From contig CM119263.1 in NCBI GenBank assembly GCA_051294375.1, positions 22,594,833 to 22,658,832 on the forward strand: DNA of 64,000 nucleotides. The letters run 5' to 3'. Source of the stretch: Paraspadella gotoi (Eukaryota > Animalia > Chaetognatha). A program made the translations under genes and the position numbers. Of this stretch, positions 1-15,200 are shown one piece after another. Positions within the stretch are counted from its first letter, which is position 1. Every line of letters starts with the position of its first letter. The notes under the pieces were generated by a model. It did not search any database, had not been told where the DNA came from, and saw only the letters and a program-made list of their open reading frames with translations.

Positions 1-2799
1 GCTTTTAGGGGGCCGCAACCACTAAGCATGGCCAAGCGAGCTTAACAGTGCGCTTGCTGATGGTTGAAAGGAAATTTTGTGGAAGAACGTGTGAGAGACG
101 CTAATGACGTATCACTATTGCCCACCTGGCTCAACGAAAATTTAGAGAGTTGTTCCAACAGCATGCCATGTTATTAGATTGTAAAAAAGAAGTAAACACA
201 TTTTGAATAGACAAAATGAAAAATACAATTTATGAAGAGAGTGGGCTGAACACATATTTTTGAGTTTATCAATCGCGAAACGACCACTAAACGCTCCATC
301 ACTCATTAATTTTTTTAAATATTTATTTATAAATTATCGGGGGAACATTGGAGTCCGTTCGCCAATATATTTTTATTAATTGTATGGTTAGGGGCCGATT
401 TTCGTGAGGATGGGCACTTCTCTCTCTATGTGTCTGCCAGAGTGAACGGAGTCCGTACGGCAAAATAGGACAGATTCAGCTGTCGGCTTGACCGACGATT
501 GCGTCCAAAAAAGCTGTGTTCCTTCACAAAGTATAAATTCTTTTCTTTCCGGGAATACATGAAAGAAGTACGATGAATGAAGGAGATTCCTCTGATATTT
601 CCCGAGATTCTAATCAAACACGTTTAGATGTGTTGTATCTGTGTACAGTGGGGGAAGGTGATTAATTCATAGTATAGTTTTTAAACACAATTTGTATTAT
701 CTCTCTAGATAAGAATAGTCTATTTTCATTACCACTTTCTCAATCGTACGCTATACTTATACCCATTTTTTTTCACGTATATAGAATGATATTTTATCAT
801 TTTTAGTTAATGATTGTAAGTTTCCCTATTTACTTTTTTTTTTTAGGCTATATTTTTTCTCTTACATTTCTCTTTTACTTTTATAATACGCTTATTTATA
901 GATAAGGCATGTAAAAACTAGATGGTGGGGGTTATGTTGTATGTATAGAAGCGATGACCTTAAATTTAGTGTATAAGTGGGTGAGTTTATAGTTTATCGT
1001 TAGATCGTATTTTAGATAATTATCATAATATTGTTTCTCGAGCTCTTGAATAATCTGAAATTTACTACTTCCCGTGATCATGCCTGGTATGGAACTCCGA
1101 AGAGCCTAAAGACACAAACACAGAAGTGTATGTTTATGTTATGTCTATTTTTCAGCACAAGTTATATTATAATACACTCTCTAAATTTCTTATTATTAAT
1201 CACATGTAGAGTTAAAATAAATAATGAAAATAGGTATAATAGTTGAGAGTAAATAATTTTGGTATATATTCGGTACTAAACATCTTATACTAGCACAAAT
1301 GTTGCTTATATTCTTCTATTAACACTGGAACCCCCAAATTGAAGGTTAAGCTTTTTTTTTACATATAGAGGAATATATATTATTGAATTACTTCATGTGT
1401 TTATTATATTGTTAATCTATCCTTGAATATGTAAAAGCTTTTTAGGAGTATATTCTATGTACTAAAATGTTTTTGATAGAGCCGACTCCTGTCTGGACCC
1501 TATTGTATATATTATAGTTTTAACTACATAAATTCCTTCATTAGTCCGCCACAACAACTCATTTTCTCTTATGAGAAACCTCTTAACTTGACCATCACTC
1601 TCTTATTGGTCACCGTATATATAATAAATTCTATTGTAATAACCTATTTTAGTTACACTTGAGATTGGAAATTGAATTATTCTCAAACAAATGTTGCGTA
1701 TAGGAATTTGCTGTGCTTTTTTAGCTTATTACATGGTACTAATGTTTTAGAACATTACTAAGGAATTATTAATTTTTGTTTAAGTTTTACCTGTTTTTAG
1801 GGTGTTTATCTAGCATGTTTTGATGCTTAAATGTTTTGGTTTCCAAAAGATACTTATTTGGAGAGCCAGTTTGAACACGTTAGGATTTGAAAAATACCAA
1901 TAATGCTGATAAGAAGGTGACATAAATTAAATGGGAAAGACAGCTCTAGAATGATTATATGTAAGATTTGGGTAAAGAAATTCGGTTGGCTCATGAGGGA
2001 TATTATGTTTTATTAGTTATCGCCTTCGCCGGGGAATACATTAACACTTGAGAATTGATCTAGGTACAGCAATTGACGTACAAAGCAAACGCTTCAATTC
2101 AGTTGCCGGATATTAGTATAAATTTTAACAAAATAGCATTTATTTCCCACTTGTGTGTCCATTTATTCCAAGAAAACGTCTCTCTTATTATTATTTTTAA
2201 TTCTGCACGCGCACGTTAGAGTATATAAATACAATAGTTAATCTGTTCTCGCGGGAGCTCGGCGGAGTGTTTTAAGAAATGTATTATTGCCAAGAAAATG
2301 AGCGCAGTTGGTTTGCTTGTTCTTTTGATTCCATACTAGCAGCCTGATCTGGGGCATTTTGTTTACAGGGGTCTCCTTCTTGAACAAGAGGGTTTTGGAT
2401 TCTCTCTGTGAGCTGAATAGAAAAACTGAGGGAGGAGGCAGTCAGACAGTTTTGTAGAAACTGATATTTGATACGAGTATAACAGATTATTCGATTTATT
2501 ACAAAATTATTTTTCACTCGACAATAGATATTTCGCACCAAGGAAATACTCTCAAAATGTTGCTTTAAAATGTTATTGAAGAACAGCAGTGCTTCTCACA
2601 TAAATAATTAAATTGAATAACAAAGCATTTCAATCTGTTTTAGACGGGGGTATGTAAAATATAAGTTTCTCATTCTTTTTTTTTTAGTTTGATTCACATT
2701 TAATTGAATATAATGTTCAAAAATTAGATGATCTGTTTAAAATTCTTAATGAATACAATTGGACAATATGTTTTATTATATTTATCATTTTAATTGCTA

Positions 2800-5700
2800 T
2801 AGACGTATCAGGCACTTCGTCTGCTTTTCCAAATTTCGGTTGGAGAACCCGAACAAAGTAAATTGTAATCCTAGAGTCCGTTGATCCGTCTGCGTGTGAG
2901 CACGTCAGGGGTGGAGGGCACGAGCCCCGTCGCGCGGTCACTTTCGTTTTTTTGATCTGCGAACAAAGGGAGATTGTCGCAAGACGTTTTTAACGAAAAT
3001 CGATGCGAATTCAAATTTAAAGTTTTAAAAGGGCAAGTCTAATTAAGTAACTTAGCTTAGAGGGTACGTGTTTGGGCACGACGGAGATTTTAGAGGGGGC
3101 GGAGGGGCGGAAAGAAAGAACGTGAACTTCGTCTTGACAGGGAAATGTTGGGATGCGGGAAATATCTGCTCTTGTTGATATATTAATATTTAACTGCAAT
3201 TAATTTCTCGAGAGAAGGTTTGGGTAAAAAAAAAAAAATATGCAATGTATTCTTGGTCGGTCGCGGCTAATCTGAAATCCACAACCGAAAGATTCGACGA
3301 CCGACGACGACCGATATAAACGCATTTTTTTTGCCAACTCTTTATACCGAATTCGTCGACAACTGACCCTTTACGAACTCATCAATAAAAAATGACCTTG
3401 CCCTCAAAAAAGAACTTACCTTGAGCCGACTCTGGGGCTGCTCCTTCGTGAAGCCTTCGCCGAACAAATTCCAGGTGACGTGACGAGCGGTCGTCGCCGC
3501 CCGCGTGACACGTCAATCACGGCGTTTCCGCCTTCCTTTTTGCGGCGTCTGTTCGATTCGTGGGCGGTCGCCGTCGCGTTTTGATGAACGCCGGAACTGG
3601 AGAAAGGTTTTAGGGGGATGAAAGCACTCTCCGAGGGGGTTATTAAAAATATTACTTACGATTTAAAAATATTGGCATATATCGTTTACAATATTAATCC
3701 CTTGTTTTTAGCTATGAATTTATAATTAAATTTAATATATATAGACATTTCTTAAATTTTACATTTATTTTTTAAATTTAAGAAAATTTTAAAGTTTAAT
3801 TTAGTAAAAGCAAGTATTAATCTTACGCTAAAATTTTTACATATATTAAAATTAGAAAGGGAAGCTGATTCTAAAGAAACCAATTCCCATGGTTTTTGAC
3901 TTTGAAAAAAAGTCCTTTATTGAATTTTTTTTATTTGAAANNNNNNNNNNNNNNNNNNNNNNNNNTTCGTCTGCTTTCCAAATTCGGTTGGAGACATCTC
4001 TTCTCCCACAAAGTGTAAAGCGGCGGCGTCAACCTCCTTTTACCCTTCGGCGCTTTTTCCCCTCTCGATCATTGTTTATTTTTTGTCAGATTTTTTTGCT
4101 CTTGCTTTTTTTTAAAATTTGTCAGACAGTCACGGTTTCCTTTTCAACTCGCCTCAAGGAAGAGGATCATGGCTTTCAATATACGGGACGACAAGAGTGA
4201 AGGAAACGAGAAGAACTTCGTTGGTCTCAATCGTCAACGTTGCTGATTTCACTCAAATTCGAATGCAATTATCGCTTCTCTCCATTTTCCCCAAACAATT
4301 ATTCGCCACTCGCGGATTCGCCTCAGGTCAATTTGACTTTGCTGAATTTTTAGAAAGGTCACCATTTAAATGGCCCATCTAAAAAATTTAAACCACGATT
4401 CNNNNNNNNNNNNNNNNNNNNNNNNNNNNNNNNNNNNNNNNNNNNNNNNNNNNNNNNNNNNNNNNNNNNNNNNNNNNNNNNNNNNNNNNNNNNNNNNNNN
4501 NNNNNNNNNNNNNNNNNNNNNNNNNNNNNNNNNNNNNNNNNNNNNNNNNNNNNNNNNNNNNNNNNNNNNNNNNNNNNNNNNNNNNNNNNNNNNNNNNNNN
4601 NNNNNNNNNNNNNNNNNNNNNNNNNNNNNNNNNNNNNNNNNNNNNNNNNNNNNNNNNNNNNNNNNNNNNNNNNNNNNNNNNNNNNNNNNNNNNNNNNNNN
4701 NNNNNNNNNNNNNNNNNNNNNNNNNNNNNNNNNNNNNNNNNNNNNNNNNNNNNNNNNNNNNNNNNNNNNNNNNNNNNNNNNNNNNNNNNNNNNNNNNNNN
4801 NNNNNNNNNNNNNNNNNNNNNNNNNNNNNNNNNNNNNNNNNNNNNNNNNNNNNNNNNNNNNNNNNNNNNNNNNNNNNNNNNNNNNNNNNNNNNNNNNNNN
4901 NNNNNNNNNNNNNNNNNNNNNNNNNNNNNNNNNNNNNNNNNNNNNNNNNNNNNNNNNNNNNNNNNNNNNNNNNNNNNNNNNNNNNNNNNNNNNNNNNNNN
5001 NNNNNNNNNNNNNNNNNNNNNNNNNNNNNNNNNNNNNNNNNNNNNNNNNNNNNNNNNNNNNNNNNNNNNNNNNNNNNNNNNNNNNNNNNNNNNNNNNNNN
5101 NNNNNNNNNNNNNNNNNNNNNNNNNNNNNNNNNNNNNNNNNNNNNNNNNNNNNNNNNNNNNNNNNNNNNNNNNNNNNNNNNNNNNNNNNNNNNNNNNNNN
5201 NNNNNNNNNNNNNNNNNNNNNNNNNNNNNNNNNNNNNNNNNNNNNNNNNNNNNNNNNNNNNNNNNNNNNNNNNNNNNNNNNNNNNNNNNNNNNNNNNNNN
5301 NNNNNNNNNNNNNNNNNNNNNNNNNNNNNNNNNNNNNNNNNNNNNNNNNNNNNNNNNNNNNNNNNNNNNNNNNNNATTTCTCGTTTCTGTTAGATTTACC
5401 AATTTTCACTAGGCCAATCGGCAACCAAAAACTTACTTCTACAACTATATAATATTCAAATTCTTACCCAGACCCTTTCCAAAAAANNNNNNNNNNNNNN
5501 NNNNNNNNNNNNNNNNNNNNNNNNNNNNNNNNNNNNNNNNNNNNNNNNNNNNNNNNNNNNNNNNNNNNNNNNNNNNNNNNNNNNNNNNNNNNNNNNNNNN
5601 NNNNNNNNNNNNNNNNNNNNNNNNNNNNNNNNNNNNNNNNNNNNNNNNNNNNNNNNNNNNNNNNNNNNNNNNNNNNNNNNNNNNNNNNNNNNNNNNNNNN

Positions 5701-8700
5701 NNNNNNNNNNNNNNNNNNNNNNNNNNNNNNNNNNNNNNNNNNNNNNNNNNNNNNNNNNNNNNNNNNNNNNNNNNNNNNNNNNNNNNNNNNNNNNNNNNNN
5801 NNNNNNNNNNNNNNNNNNTTTTTTTTATTTTCGCCGGTAGGGGGTCACCTCGTAGCGCAAGTCGTCGTTGGCCTTCTTCCATGTGATCTTCGGCGGGGGC
5901 GTGCCAGACGCTTGACAGGGAAGCGCGAGGCCGAAGCNNNNNNNNNNNNNNNNNNNNNNNNNTCGATCAGCAGCTTTGACGAATCACGAAGGCTTCGGCG
6001 AACCTCATGGAACGGGAACACATACAAACTATGTCGCGCGTCGAACGACGCATCGCCTACGGGAGATCGTCAAACTGAGACTGCGTGTGATTTCGTATGG
6101 TCATGAACAAATCAATCAATTCACTCAATTCAACTCAAATCAACATCCAATCAATCAAATCAATCAAATTCAAGTCAAATCAACTCAATCCTCTTCAGTG
6201 CTCCACGCCCAAGTGGACTTGGAGCCCGAAGACATCAGCATCGTCCTCTGCTTCGCGGCCTCTGGCGCTTCCCTGTCAAGTCGTTGGGGCACTGCCCGCC
6301 GAAGATCACATTGGAAGGAAGGCCCAACGACGACTTTGCGCTAGAGTAGCATTTTTCGAGGTGACCCCCTAATCCGGCAAAATAAAAAGAAAAACATCAG
6401 TTGGCATTTTTTCAAACGCCATCCCAAAAAAATCCCTACAACCCTTCGTTATCTCCCCGCCAGCCCATCCCACTGAGCAACCCGCAACTCTCAACAGCCT
6501 CGTCCTGCGGATTCCGTACCGCGTCTTCGCCAACGGGACCCCTCAGCGGTCGGCAACGCCATCCACCGCCGAACGCTGGGGCATTATTTGTGCCATACGC
6601 CTCCAACAGAAGGTTGGGCGTGCGTGCGCTCTCGCAAGGTCCGACTCATACTCAGCGTCATAGTTTTGGGGTAGTTGGTTTTTTTTTTTCTGGAAAGGGT
6701 CTGGGTAAGAATTTTGAATATTATATAGTTGTAGAAGTAAGTTTTTGGTTGCCTTTTGGCGCCTAGTGAAAATTGGTGAAAGTCTACAGAAACGAGAATT
6801 TACAACCAGATAATGACAACTTGAGAAATAGTTTCGAGTTTATAGTGTCGGGATATAATTTCGGTTTATTAAAGCAGATATTTTTTGTGGCGCTACCTAC
6901 TTTTTTGCTCGGACTGTGGCGAGCAGTGATGGGTGTCAATTTTTATCTCATTTTGTGGCGAAAAAGTTGAACAATGAATTAATAAATAATGGCATCTTTG
7001 CGGACGGACTAAGCTGTCGGATTGGTCATCTAGAAATAATGAATTCAAATGGATTTTTAAGTAGTTGATTCTTTTCGTTTGAGACCACAAGACGTAAAAA
7101 TAATTGACAACAAACAAGAATGGTCATTTGCCATTCGATTAGATTTCACTTTAAGACGGATGATGAAATCGATATTTTTTTTTTAAATTGTACAATTATT
7201 AAATTATGAATAAATTTTTCGCTGAGGAGCAGTTCATTTTAACCCGCTAAAAGTCTTATCTATTGTAACAATATCTCTTTATACTGCTCTATTACATTGA
7301 GCTTTACCGCGATTTCTCTCTTTTATCTGCATTTCAATTTTCTTAACAATCTAATTTTTTCGAATTTTTCGGCTAGCGAAGTCACGTGAGAGATCAGGCC
7401 GATGAGTTTGAATTTGAGATGACATACGACATTGCACGTTTGATCGGTTCACGCTCGAAGCGACCTCAGTGACCTCATTTTCACGGAAATGCGCCGAATA
7501 AAGAAAAAGTTTTCGTTTCCACTGTTTTATTGTTTTCTTTGGTGCAACGCCGAAAGGATTGGAGGAAGGAGGTGGGAGGTGGGGAGGTTGGGGGTTGGGA
7601 GGTGGGAGTTGGAGGATGGGAGGCGGGAGGTTTCGTCAAAACAAATGGACGTGTAGGTGGACAATGTTGAGTTTGAACGGAAGTGAAATACCGAGCGGCG
7701 CTGCGACCACGGCGGCTGTGTTTCGCACCTGTCTGCCTCGGTCCCGGCGGCACAAAATAAACTTCAAATAATTATTACATTTGGTTTAAATCTCTCCTCT
7801 CTCTCTCATGTCTCTCTCTCCATCTCCTTTTCTCGTCTCTCTCCTCTATCTGCTCCTCTCTCTCTCTCTATTCTCTCTCTCATTCATCTCTCGTCTCATC
7901 TCATCTCTCAATGAGTGATTTTTAATCATTAGACTGGGAGTGCGTGAGACGGCCTCAGCGGCGATCCCATTCAAAGCACGAGAGGTGGATTTCAACGTAA
8001 AGGCAAAATAAATAAATAAATAAAATAAATTAAACAATATAAATGTAATGATAGAAAACGATTAAATGTTAATATTAATCTCGCTGGAACCTGGAGAAGT
8101 TGTCGTGGCGATCAACGGTGATTCCTTCCATTTGCCCGACGTCGGTTTTGCTTTCCGACGGCGGAATCGGGCCTCCGTCATCTGGACGTGGAAGAAGGGA
8201 GAAGGTTTATTGTCGTTGTTGTTGTTGTTGAAGTTGAAAATGAGTATCGATTTTAAATGTAGTCGTTAACGTCCTCGCTGTGCTCGATAATTATCATTTA
8301 TATTGTTCTTTAATTATATTTTATATTGGTTGTACCAATTTCATTTTATTTTGTATTATAATATTTTTTCAGCCTGACTTTTCCGTCCTCGTCTTCTTCA
8401 TCGGAGCTTCTATTTTTAGCTCTGCTCGCAAATCTTTTTCCTTGTTGTACAATATACAATGTACAATTGAACTTAGATATTGCTTCAGCCAATTGTCGGT
8501 TTCGGTCCGGCCATGACTTACCCTCTATTATGTTATGATATGAGGCACTTACTTTTTTTTCTTTTCCCAATCCTACTCACCCTTGTGCCAAGTGATGGTG
8601 ATGGGAAGGTCGCCGCTGCTCACCACGCAAGAGATCTTCGCCCGTTGACCCTCGTGAAGAGGTTGGAAAAAGAAAGGGTCGATGCGGGGAGGCACTGGAA

Positions 8701-11700
8701 GAGGGAGAAGATTCACTGATTGATTGACTGATTGATAATATTTTACAAGCTAAATTAATATTTTTTTCAAAATAGGTTTAAAGGTTCTATTAAATATATA
8801 CCCATATTTTTATACTTATTTTTGGATTTAAAATTTATTTTCTTTAATAAAGTGAACGAATAGTGTCTTAACTTCCATTANNNNNNNNNNNNNNNNNNNN
8901 NNNNNNNNNNNNNNNNNNNNNNNNNNNNNNNNNNNNNNNNNNNNNNNNNNNNNNNNNNNNNNNNNNNNNNNNNNNNNNNNNNNNNNNNNNNNNNNNNNNN
9001 NNNNNNNNNNNNNNNNNNNNNNNNNNNNNNNNNNNNNNNNNNNNNNNNNNNNNNNNNNNNNNNNNNNNNNNNNNNNNNNNNNNNNNNNNNNNNNNNNNNN
9101 NNNNNNNNNNNNNNNNNNNNNNNNNNNNNNNNNNNNNNNNNNNNNNNNNNNNNNNNNNNNNNNNNNNNNNNNNNNNNNNNNNNNNNNNNNNNNNNNNNNN
9201 NNNNNNNNNNNNNNNNNNNNNNNNNNNNNNNNNNNNNNNNNNNNNNNNNNNNNNNNNNNNNNNNNNNNNNNNNNNNNNNNNNNNNNNNNNNNNNNNNNNN
9301 NNNNNNNNNNNNNNNNNNNNNNNNNNNNNNNNNNNNNNNNNNNNNNNNNNNNNNNNNNNNNNNNNNNNNNNNNNNNNNNNNNNNNNNNNNNNNNNNNNNN
9401 NNNNNNNNNNNNNNNNNNNNNNNNNNNNNNNNNNNNNNNNNNNNNNNNNNNNNNNNNNNNNNNNNNNNNNNNNNNNNNNNNNNNNNNNNNNNNNNNNNNN
9501 NNNNNNNNNNNNNNNNNNNNNNNNNNNNNNNNNNNNNNNNNNNNNNNNNNNNNNNNNNNNNNNNNNNNNNNNNNNNNNNNNNNNNNNNNNNNNNNNNNNN
9601 NNTCATTAAAATCTAAAAATTAGAATAAACTAGATAAGAAAGGATAATATTTTAATAGTTTATCAATTTGATTTCAAAAACTAATATAAAATGAATTATA
9701 AATATAAAATAAATAATATATAATTTGTAATAATATATTTTAAGAAATTATAAAAAAGTAAATAGTTAAAGAAGAAATCTTGCAATTTTATACAGATATA
9801 TCAAATATATGTTGCACCATCAATTAATTAATTTTAAATTGAATTAATTACCAATTTGAATTGGTTTTTGTTCATTCGTGCTTTCATTCATCTTAAATTC
9901 ATTGCGAAACTCACCTTGACAGTCGATCGTCGGACGCTGGTCCGACGTGAGTTTGAACCCGCAGCCGCCTGCGCTTGCGGTGTATTCGCCTTCGTCCCTA
10001 CGATTTTTGTACGTCCGGCGATGGTGAGCGACGCCGCGGGCTCACCTGGTTATAAGGAGGCGTTAACTAAAGGATAAAAGAGATGGAGATCTCTCTCGTG
10101 GGTGTGGGTGTGTGTGACTTAATTGCTGCAATATGCAAATGAGATTACGCGTCAAAGAATTATTTTGAACAATACAAAAAGCAAAGGATGCAAGCTGCAA
10201 TCCATCTTCCTTTTGGTCAGTTCTCTCCATAAGTTGACATTAAATTTAGATTTTTTTTGTGCTCCAGATATATAATATAATTTTATTTTTCGCTCCATTT
10301 CACCTGAAGCGTAGCAAGGAATTTTGAGTTCTCGCCCTTCTATGACGATGACCGGCAACATGGAGCGGACTTGTGGCAAACCTGAGATGAAAAAAAAATA
10401 TATACAACTCAATTTAATACAATGTATACAATTTAAAACAATATAATAGTTTCATCGGTTTTAGTTTGTCCAGGACGAACCAATGTGCTGGCAACCTTTC
10501 TCGATCCGGGAAATTTTTCCTCCCACCTACCCCTCCTCTTCCTCCTCCTCCTCCTCCTCACCGTAAACATTGATCCGCCTCGAATGCGTCTTCGTCCCGA
10601 CTTTGTTGAAGGCGACGCACGAGTAGCGTCCACCGTCTTCCGCTTTCACGTTCGTCAGCGTCAAGTTGGAGGCGGCGACGCCCGTGGCGACGTTGGTGGA
10701 GACGGAGATGAAGACGCGAGCGGTGCCCTGGCGGCGGAAAGGGGAAGCATGTTAAAGGGTAAGAGGGATGACGATTGATGATTGAGGATTATTATTANNN
10801 NNNNNNNATGATGATGACGACGACGACGGCTTTTTAACTCGAGAGCACGATCGTTTATATTGTTAATTCCGTTTTATAGTCTAAATTAATTTCTAGGATC
10901 CGATTGCATGCAAATGTCTTGTTTCATCTTGTTAAAACAAATTATAGTTAATATCGTCACCTTTTTTGATCCCAACTCCTCGATCACTTCGTTTTGTTCT
11001 TTTTGAACGAAAATGTATCGCTAATTCGAAGAACAACGAAGAAAAGAACAAAGATCAAGAACAAAATGAAAACAAAAGCGAAGCAAACGAAATTAATGGA
11101 TACAAAAAGCGAAATTAGGTTGAGAAGCCAAATAGAAACAACTAAATAGTAATAAATTAGTAACTCTAATTAAGGGAACATTACAAATGTAAAAACGATG
11201 AGAGAAAAAAATTACTTTTTATTATTTAACAAAACTTTTACTTTTTCTCTCATCGTCCCTTTTGGGTAGTAAACGAGCTTAATAGTTAGTAAAAAGTTAC
11301 TAGTTAATTTTAGGTTATTAAACTTTTAGTTAATAGTTAATTGAAGCTTTTGTTGATGACAAACTCTCATTACCTTTATTCTCTGCCCGTCCAACATCCA
11401 TGTAATCACGGGCGGCGGACCCCGTGAGCCTCGCAGCCCAACACGATCGTGGGTCCCGCTTGCGTCGTCCGCGACTTGAAGACAGACTCGAAGGCCGGCT
11501 CCGCCAATCCCAGAGAGAGTTGGGCCACGCCTTGCGAGGTTTCGTACTGGTTGGTCACTACGCACTGGGGAAAGGGAGGGGAGTCGTCGAATGGGAAGAG
11601 AGAAGCAGGAATCAATCACTCACGTAGACGATGTGCAATTTGTGCAATTATTGGAATTATATCCTACGTAATATTTTTATATATATCTCTGTCTCACTCT

Positions 11701-12187
11701 CGGGCGGTCCAAAAATTAATGACTTGTCTTGACGAAACCTATTTGTCCTTCGTGTCCTTACCTGATACATCCCGTGTCCCGCCTGGTCATTGGCTCGATG
11801 ACCAGCACCGTCCCTTGCACCAATCTGACTCTGTCTCCATCCGCCTTCAACTCGACGCCATCTTTGAGCCACGTGACGCCGGAAATCGGAAACCGGAAAT
11901 GGAGCAGTTGAGCGTCGCGCGTTCGAGGGCGTCGACCGTCACGTGAGGGGGCGCGACGGTCACTTGAAGAGGCGCTGTGAAGGGGGAGGGGATGTGAGAA
12001 AAGCAATGATGATGAATGATGATGTGAAATTGTTCGTTCTAAATAAAGAAAATAAAGAAAAAACTAAGAAACAAAAAAACAAAAACAAAGAAACAAAGAA
12101 ACAAGAAACAAAGAAGGGACATGAATTCACAGGAGGCAAAAGTTGAAGTCGGGATTTCATCGATCGCAACGCGACGACAACCCGAAA

Positions 12188-12248
<61 letters not shown>

Positions 12249-15200
12249 GCTTGTTGGCTCTCGCCTTTTTTCACCTTCTCTCCCCCCACTTTCTCTCTCC
12301 CTCCAGCTCCATTCAATTTCACTTTATTCTTTTGCGACCGTAAAATAAGAATTTTAAAAATTTTCAAAATAACTAATAACAAACTCAAACAAAACAATTT
12401 AATAAGAATAACTCGAGACTTATTAAATAACTCTAAATTCATTTTTTAATTAAGAGCTTCCCTCGTTCGAAATCTTCAACAGGAAGAGGAGGAAAAAAAC
12501 CACTTCATCTCAATACGAAGAGGAAGAGCGAAGAGGATCGAAAGTGGACAACTCTTGTTCACTTGACGATTCTCACGGCACGTCGTCGAACCCGAGATTT
12601 CCACCTGCGCGAGACAGAGAATTTCCTCCATTGATTTTTTTCCTCTGTCTCCCACTCCCCTTCTTTCCTTTCCTCCTTTTCTCCAACCTCTTCCCTCCAA
12701 ATTTCCTCCATTTTAATCCTCTTCCTTCCAACGACTCCACCTGCCATCGACGCGTCGACCCCCCCAAAAAAAAAGTGACGCTCGCGTTTTAATCTTCGTC
12801 GTCGTCGTTGTCGTTGTTGTCTCTATTGTTGTTCTCTTTGTCAACGACGAGTCGTTATCAACATCAGCAAAATTCCCGTCTTTGATGATTGGACTATCAT
12901 CGTCTTTGTCGTGAAATGTTGAATTGTTTTGAATTTTGAAATGTTGAATTGTGGATATAAAATTGGTACAAATAATATTCATTCATTCAATGGACAATTA
13001 TTTTGTAAGATGATAACATACCCAGCGGCAGCAGGCTTACAACCAAAGCTCTTTCACAGTATAGTGTATCAACCCTTATAAATATATTTCCATAAGCTCA
13101 CAGTTGTTATAAATTTTCCAATTTTGTAAGTTTATCTTGAGAGGACGAATAGGAAGAAGTTGCGAACTGATAAGGGAGTAAGATAAGCTTCGGTGAGTCT
13201 TTCCCATGAAAATTGAAAGATCGATTTAATTTCGTAGATTCCCCCCCCTCCGCCCCCCGATTCAAAACGACGAATCGATCGATAAAAAATTTGACAGGAA
13301 ATTCCTAATCTCTCGTCGAATCAGGGTCTTCAATTATTGTTCTTACTCTGATTTGTTTTCATTTTTTATTCGTTTAATTATAAAACGACTTAGCTTTTAA
13401 AAAGTAAAAAAAAAAAACAAATTAAAATGAAATGGTTGTTTGACCGAGAATCGAACCCCGCAAATTTTTCGGAACATTCGCCCTCGAGATGAGAGCGAGA
13501 ATCGCCAAGAGGAAATTCAACGGAAATAAAAAAAAAAAAAAAAAAGAAAAGAAAAAAAGTAAATCGAAACCACGAGCGGTCATCGTCCTAAAGAGGTCAA
13601 GATTTGGGTCAACGTCTTCTCGGCAGATGGAACCCTTTAAAAGGAAGATGGAAACGCGAGATGGAATCGCGACAATATCAAGATGGAGACGTGACTCCCT
13701 CAAGACGTTCGTCGGTCGCGCGAGAGGGACCCGCCGCGGGGAACGCGGTCAAAGGGTCAAGGAAGGGTGGGATTAGACCGAATTGGGCTACAATCGGGTA
13801 AGTCGGCCGCGGCGCGAACTTCGATCTCGGGGTAGAGATTAATGCGACCTTCAATCTATTCATAGGGTCACACGGGTGAGGCGTTTGAGGGGTGAATGGA
13901 CGAGGAAGCGTGCTCAGAGGAAAACGCCCTTATCTATGAATAGAATTTCGCTCGCGCGTGATCGATCGAAAAGATAAGAAGTAATGTAAGGTCAATGGCT
14001 GGGGATTTGTTAATTTGTTTGGTTAATCGAGGTGAGGAACAAGGCGTCGATCTGACAAAAGATTCGGGTGAGGTGATCGGCGGCGGCGCGGATGAGGTGA
14101 GAAATTGGGTCGAGAAGAAAACGACGAGGACAACGACTGCGGATTGAGGGCGACGCTGCGGGTGAGAATCGGGTCAGGATCGGAAAAAGCGATCTATTAA
14201 ATGGGTGAGGTTGACGGGTGAGGTTATTCCGAGTGGGACATATGCCGAAGGAAGGTACACGAACAAAGAGCATATGCCGGACGAACGGACTATGGACATC
14301 GGAGGGCAAAGACCCGAACTCGAGTTTTCTTTCGCGTCGTGCAAGCGGGCATTGCCCGTGGAAAGGAGTCGACAGTGTACGTGCGGATTGGAAATGGAAT
14401 TATCGGACCCGAAAGGATGAATAATGCGGATTTGGGGGCAGTTGATAACAGATATCGGAAAGACGAAAGGAGAGAGAGAGAGAAAAAAAAAAATCGATGG
14501 GATTTCGAAGTGACGGCGAATTAGAAATCGAGAGTAAAAATTCGACCGCGATTTGAAAATCGGGGAAAAAAAAAGAGAAGCCGATTCCTCGAAAACAGAA
14601 TTCGGCGGATCTCGGATTTCAATTTTTGTTTCTCGGATGCGGAATCGATGGAAGCGTGGTAGACTGAATGCACTGACTGGTGGTTGTGACTGCAACGGTT
14701 TTGATATCACCTAATTCAGTTCGGATTAATATTCTACTATTTCTACTTCTAAAATTTAGACTATATTTTCTTCTAAGTAGTAGTTGATTGCGATGACTTA
14801 TAGTATTTTATTATGGGGGTTTGATTTGACATTGTTCGATATTGAATGAAAAAAGCTTAAAGGCATGGTATAATCAGTTCAAAGCCCCCCTCCCTCATTC
14901 CTCTTCATTTACAAACGATGAAAACTTGAATGGCAATCAAACTCAAACGACGACGACGATGGAACATCATTCACAATCGAGTGTTTTTTTTTCGCGGCTT
15001 CAAATCGTCGTCGCTTTCAGCCGATTACGTTAATCCGTTCCTTATTCTCTCCTTTATCGTCTCCCATTCATGAGATATTTAAATCCGAGGTTCCATCGTG
15101 AATAGAGAACATATTTCCATCTTTTTAAAACTTCTCCTTCATTTATTCAAAATTCGATTCTTTTCATTCATAAAATCGATTCATTTTCTCACCCGTGACG

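Noticed and set aside
1-2790. Downstream Dscam FNIII exons or another gene
   Set aside because: No recognisable motifs or phase-consistent exons found by eye; left unannotated.
3966-3995. 30 bp repeat of Ig9 exon sequence (2816-2845) as an alternative Ig9 exon
   Set aside because: It starts exactly at a 25-N gap and the similarity decays immediately; likely a gap-filling remnant.
7560-7632. G-rich tract as a functional G-quadruplex
   Set aside because: Simple low-complexity repeat in a noisy, possibly misassembled interval, with no supporting context.
4359-9606. Long ORFs consisting of X residues
   Set aside because: They span N-gaps (4402-5375, 5487-5818, 8881-9602) and carry no coding evidence.
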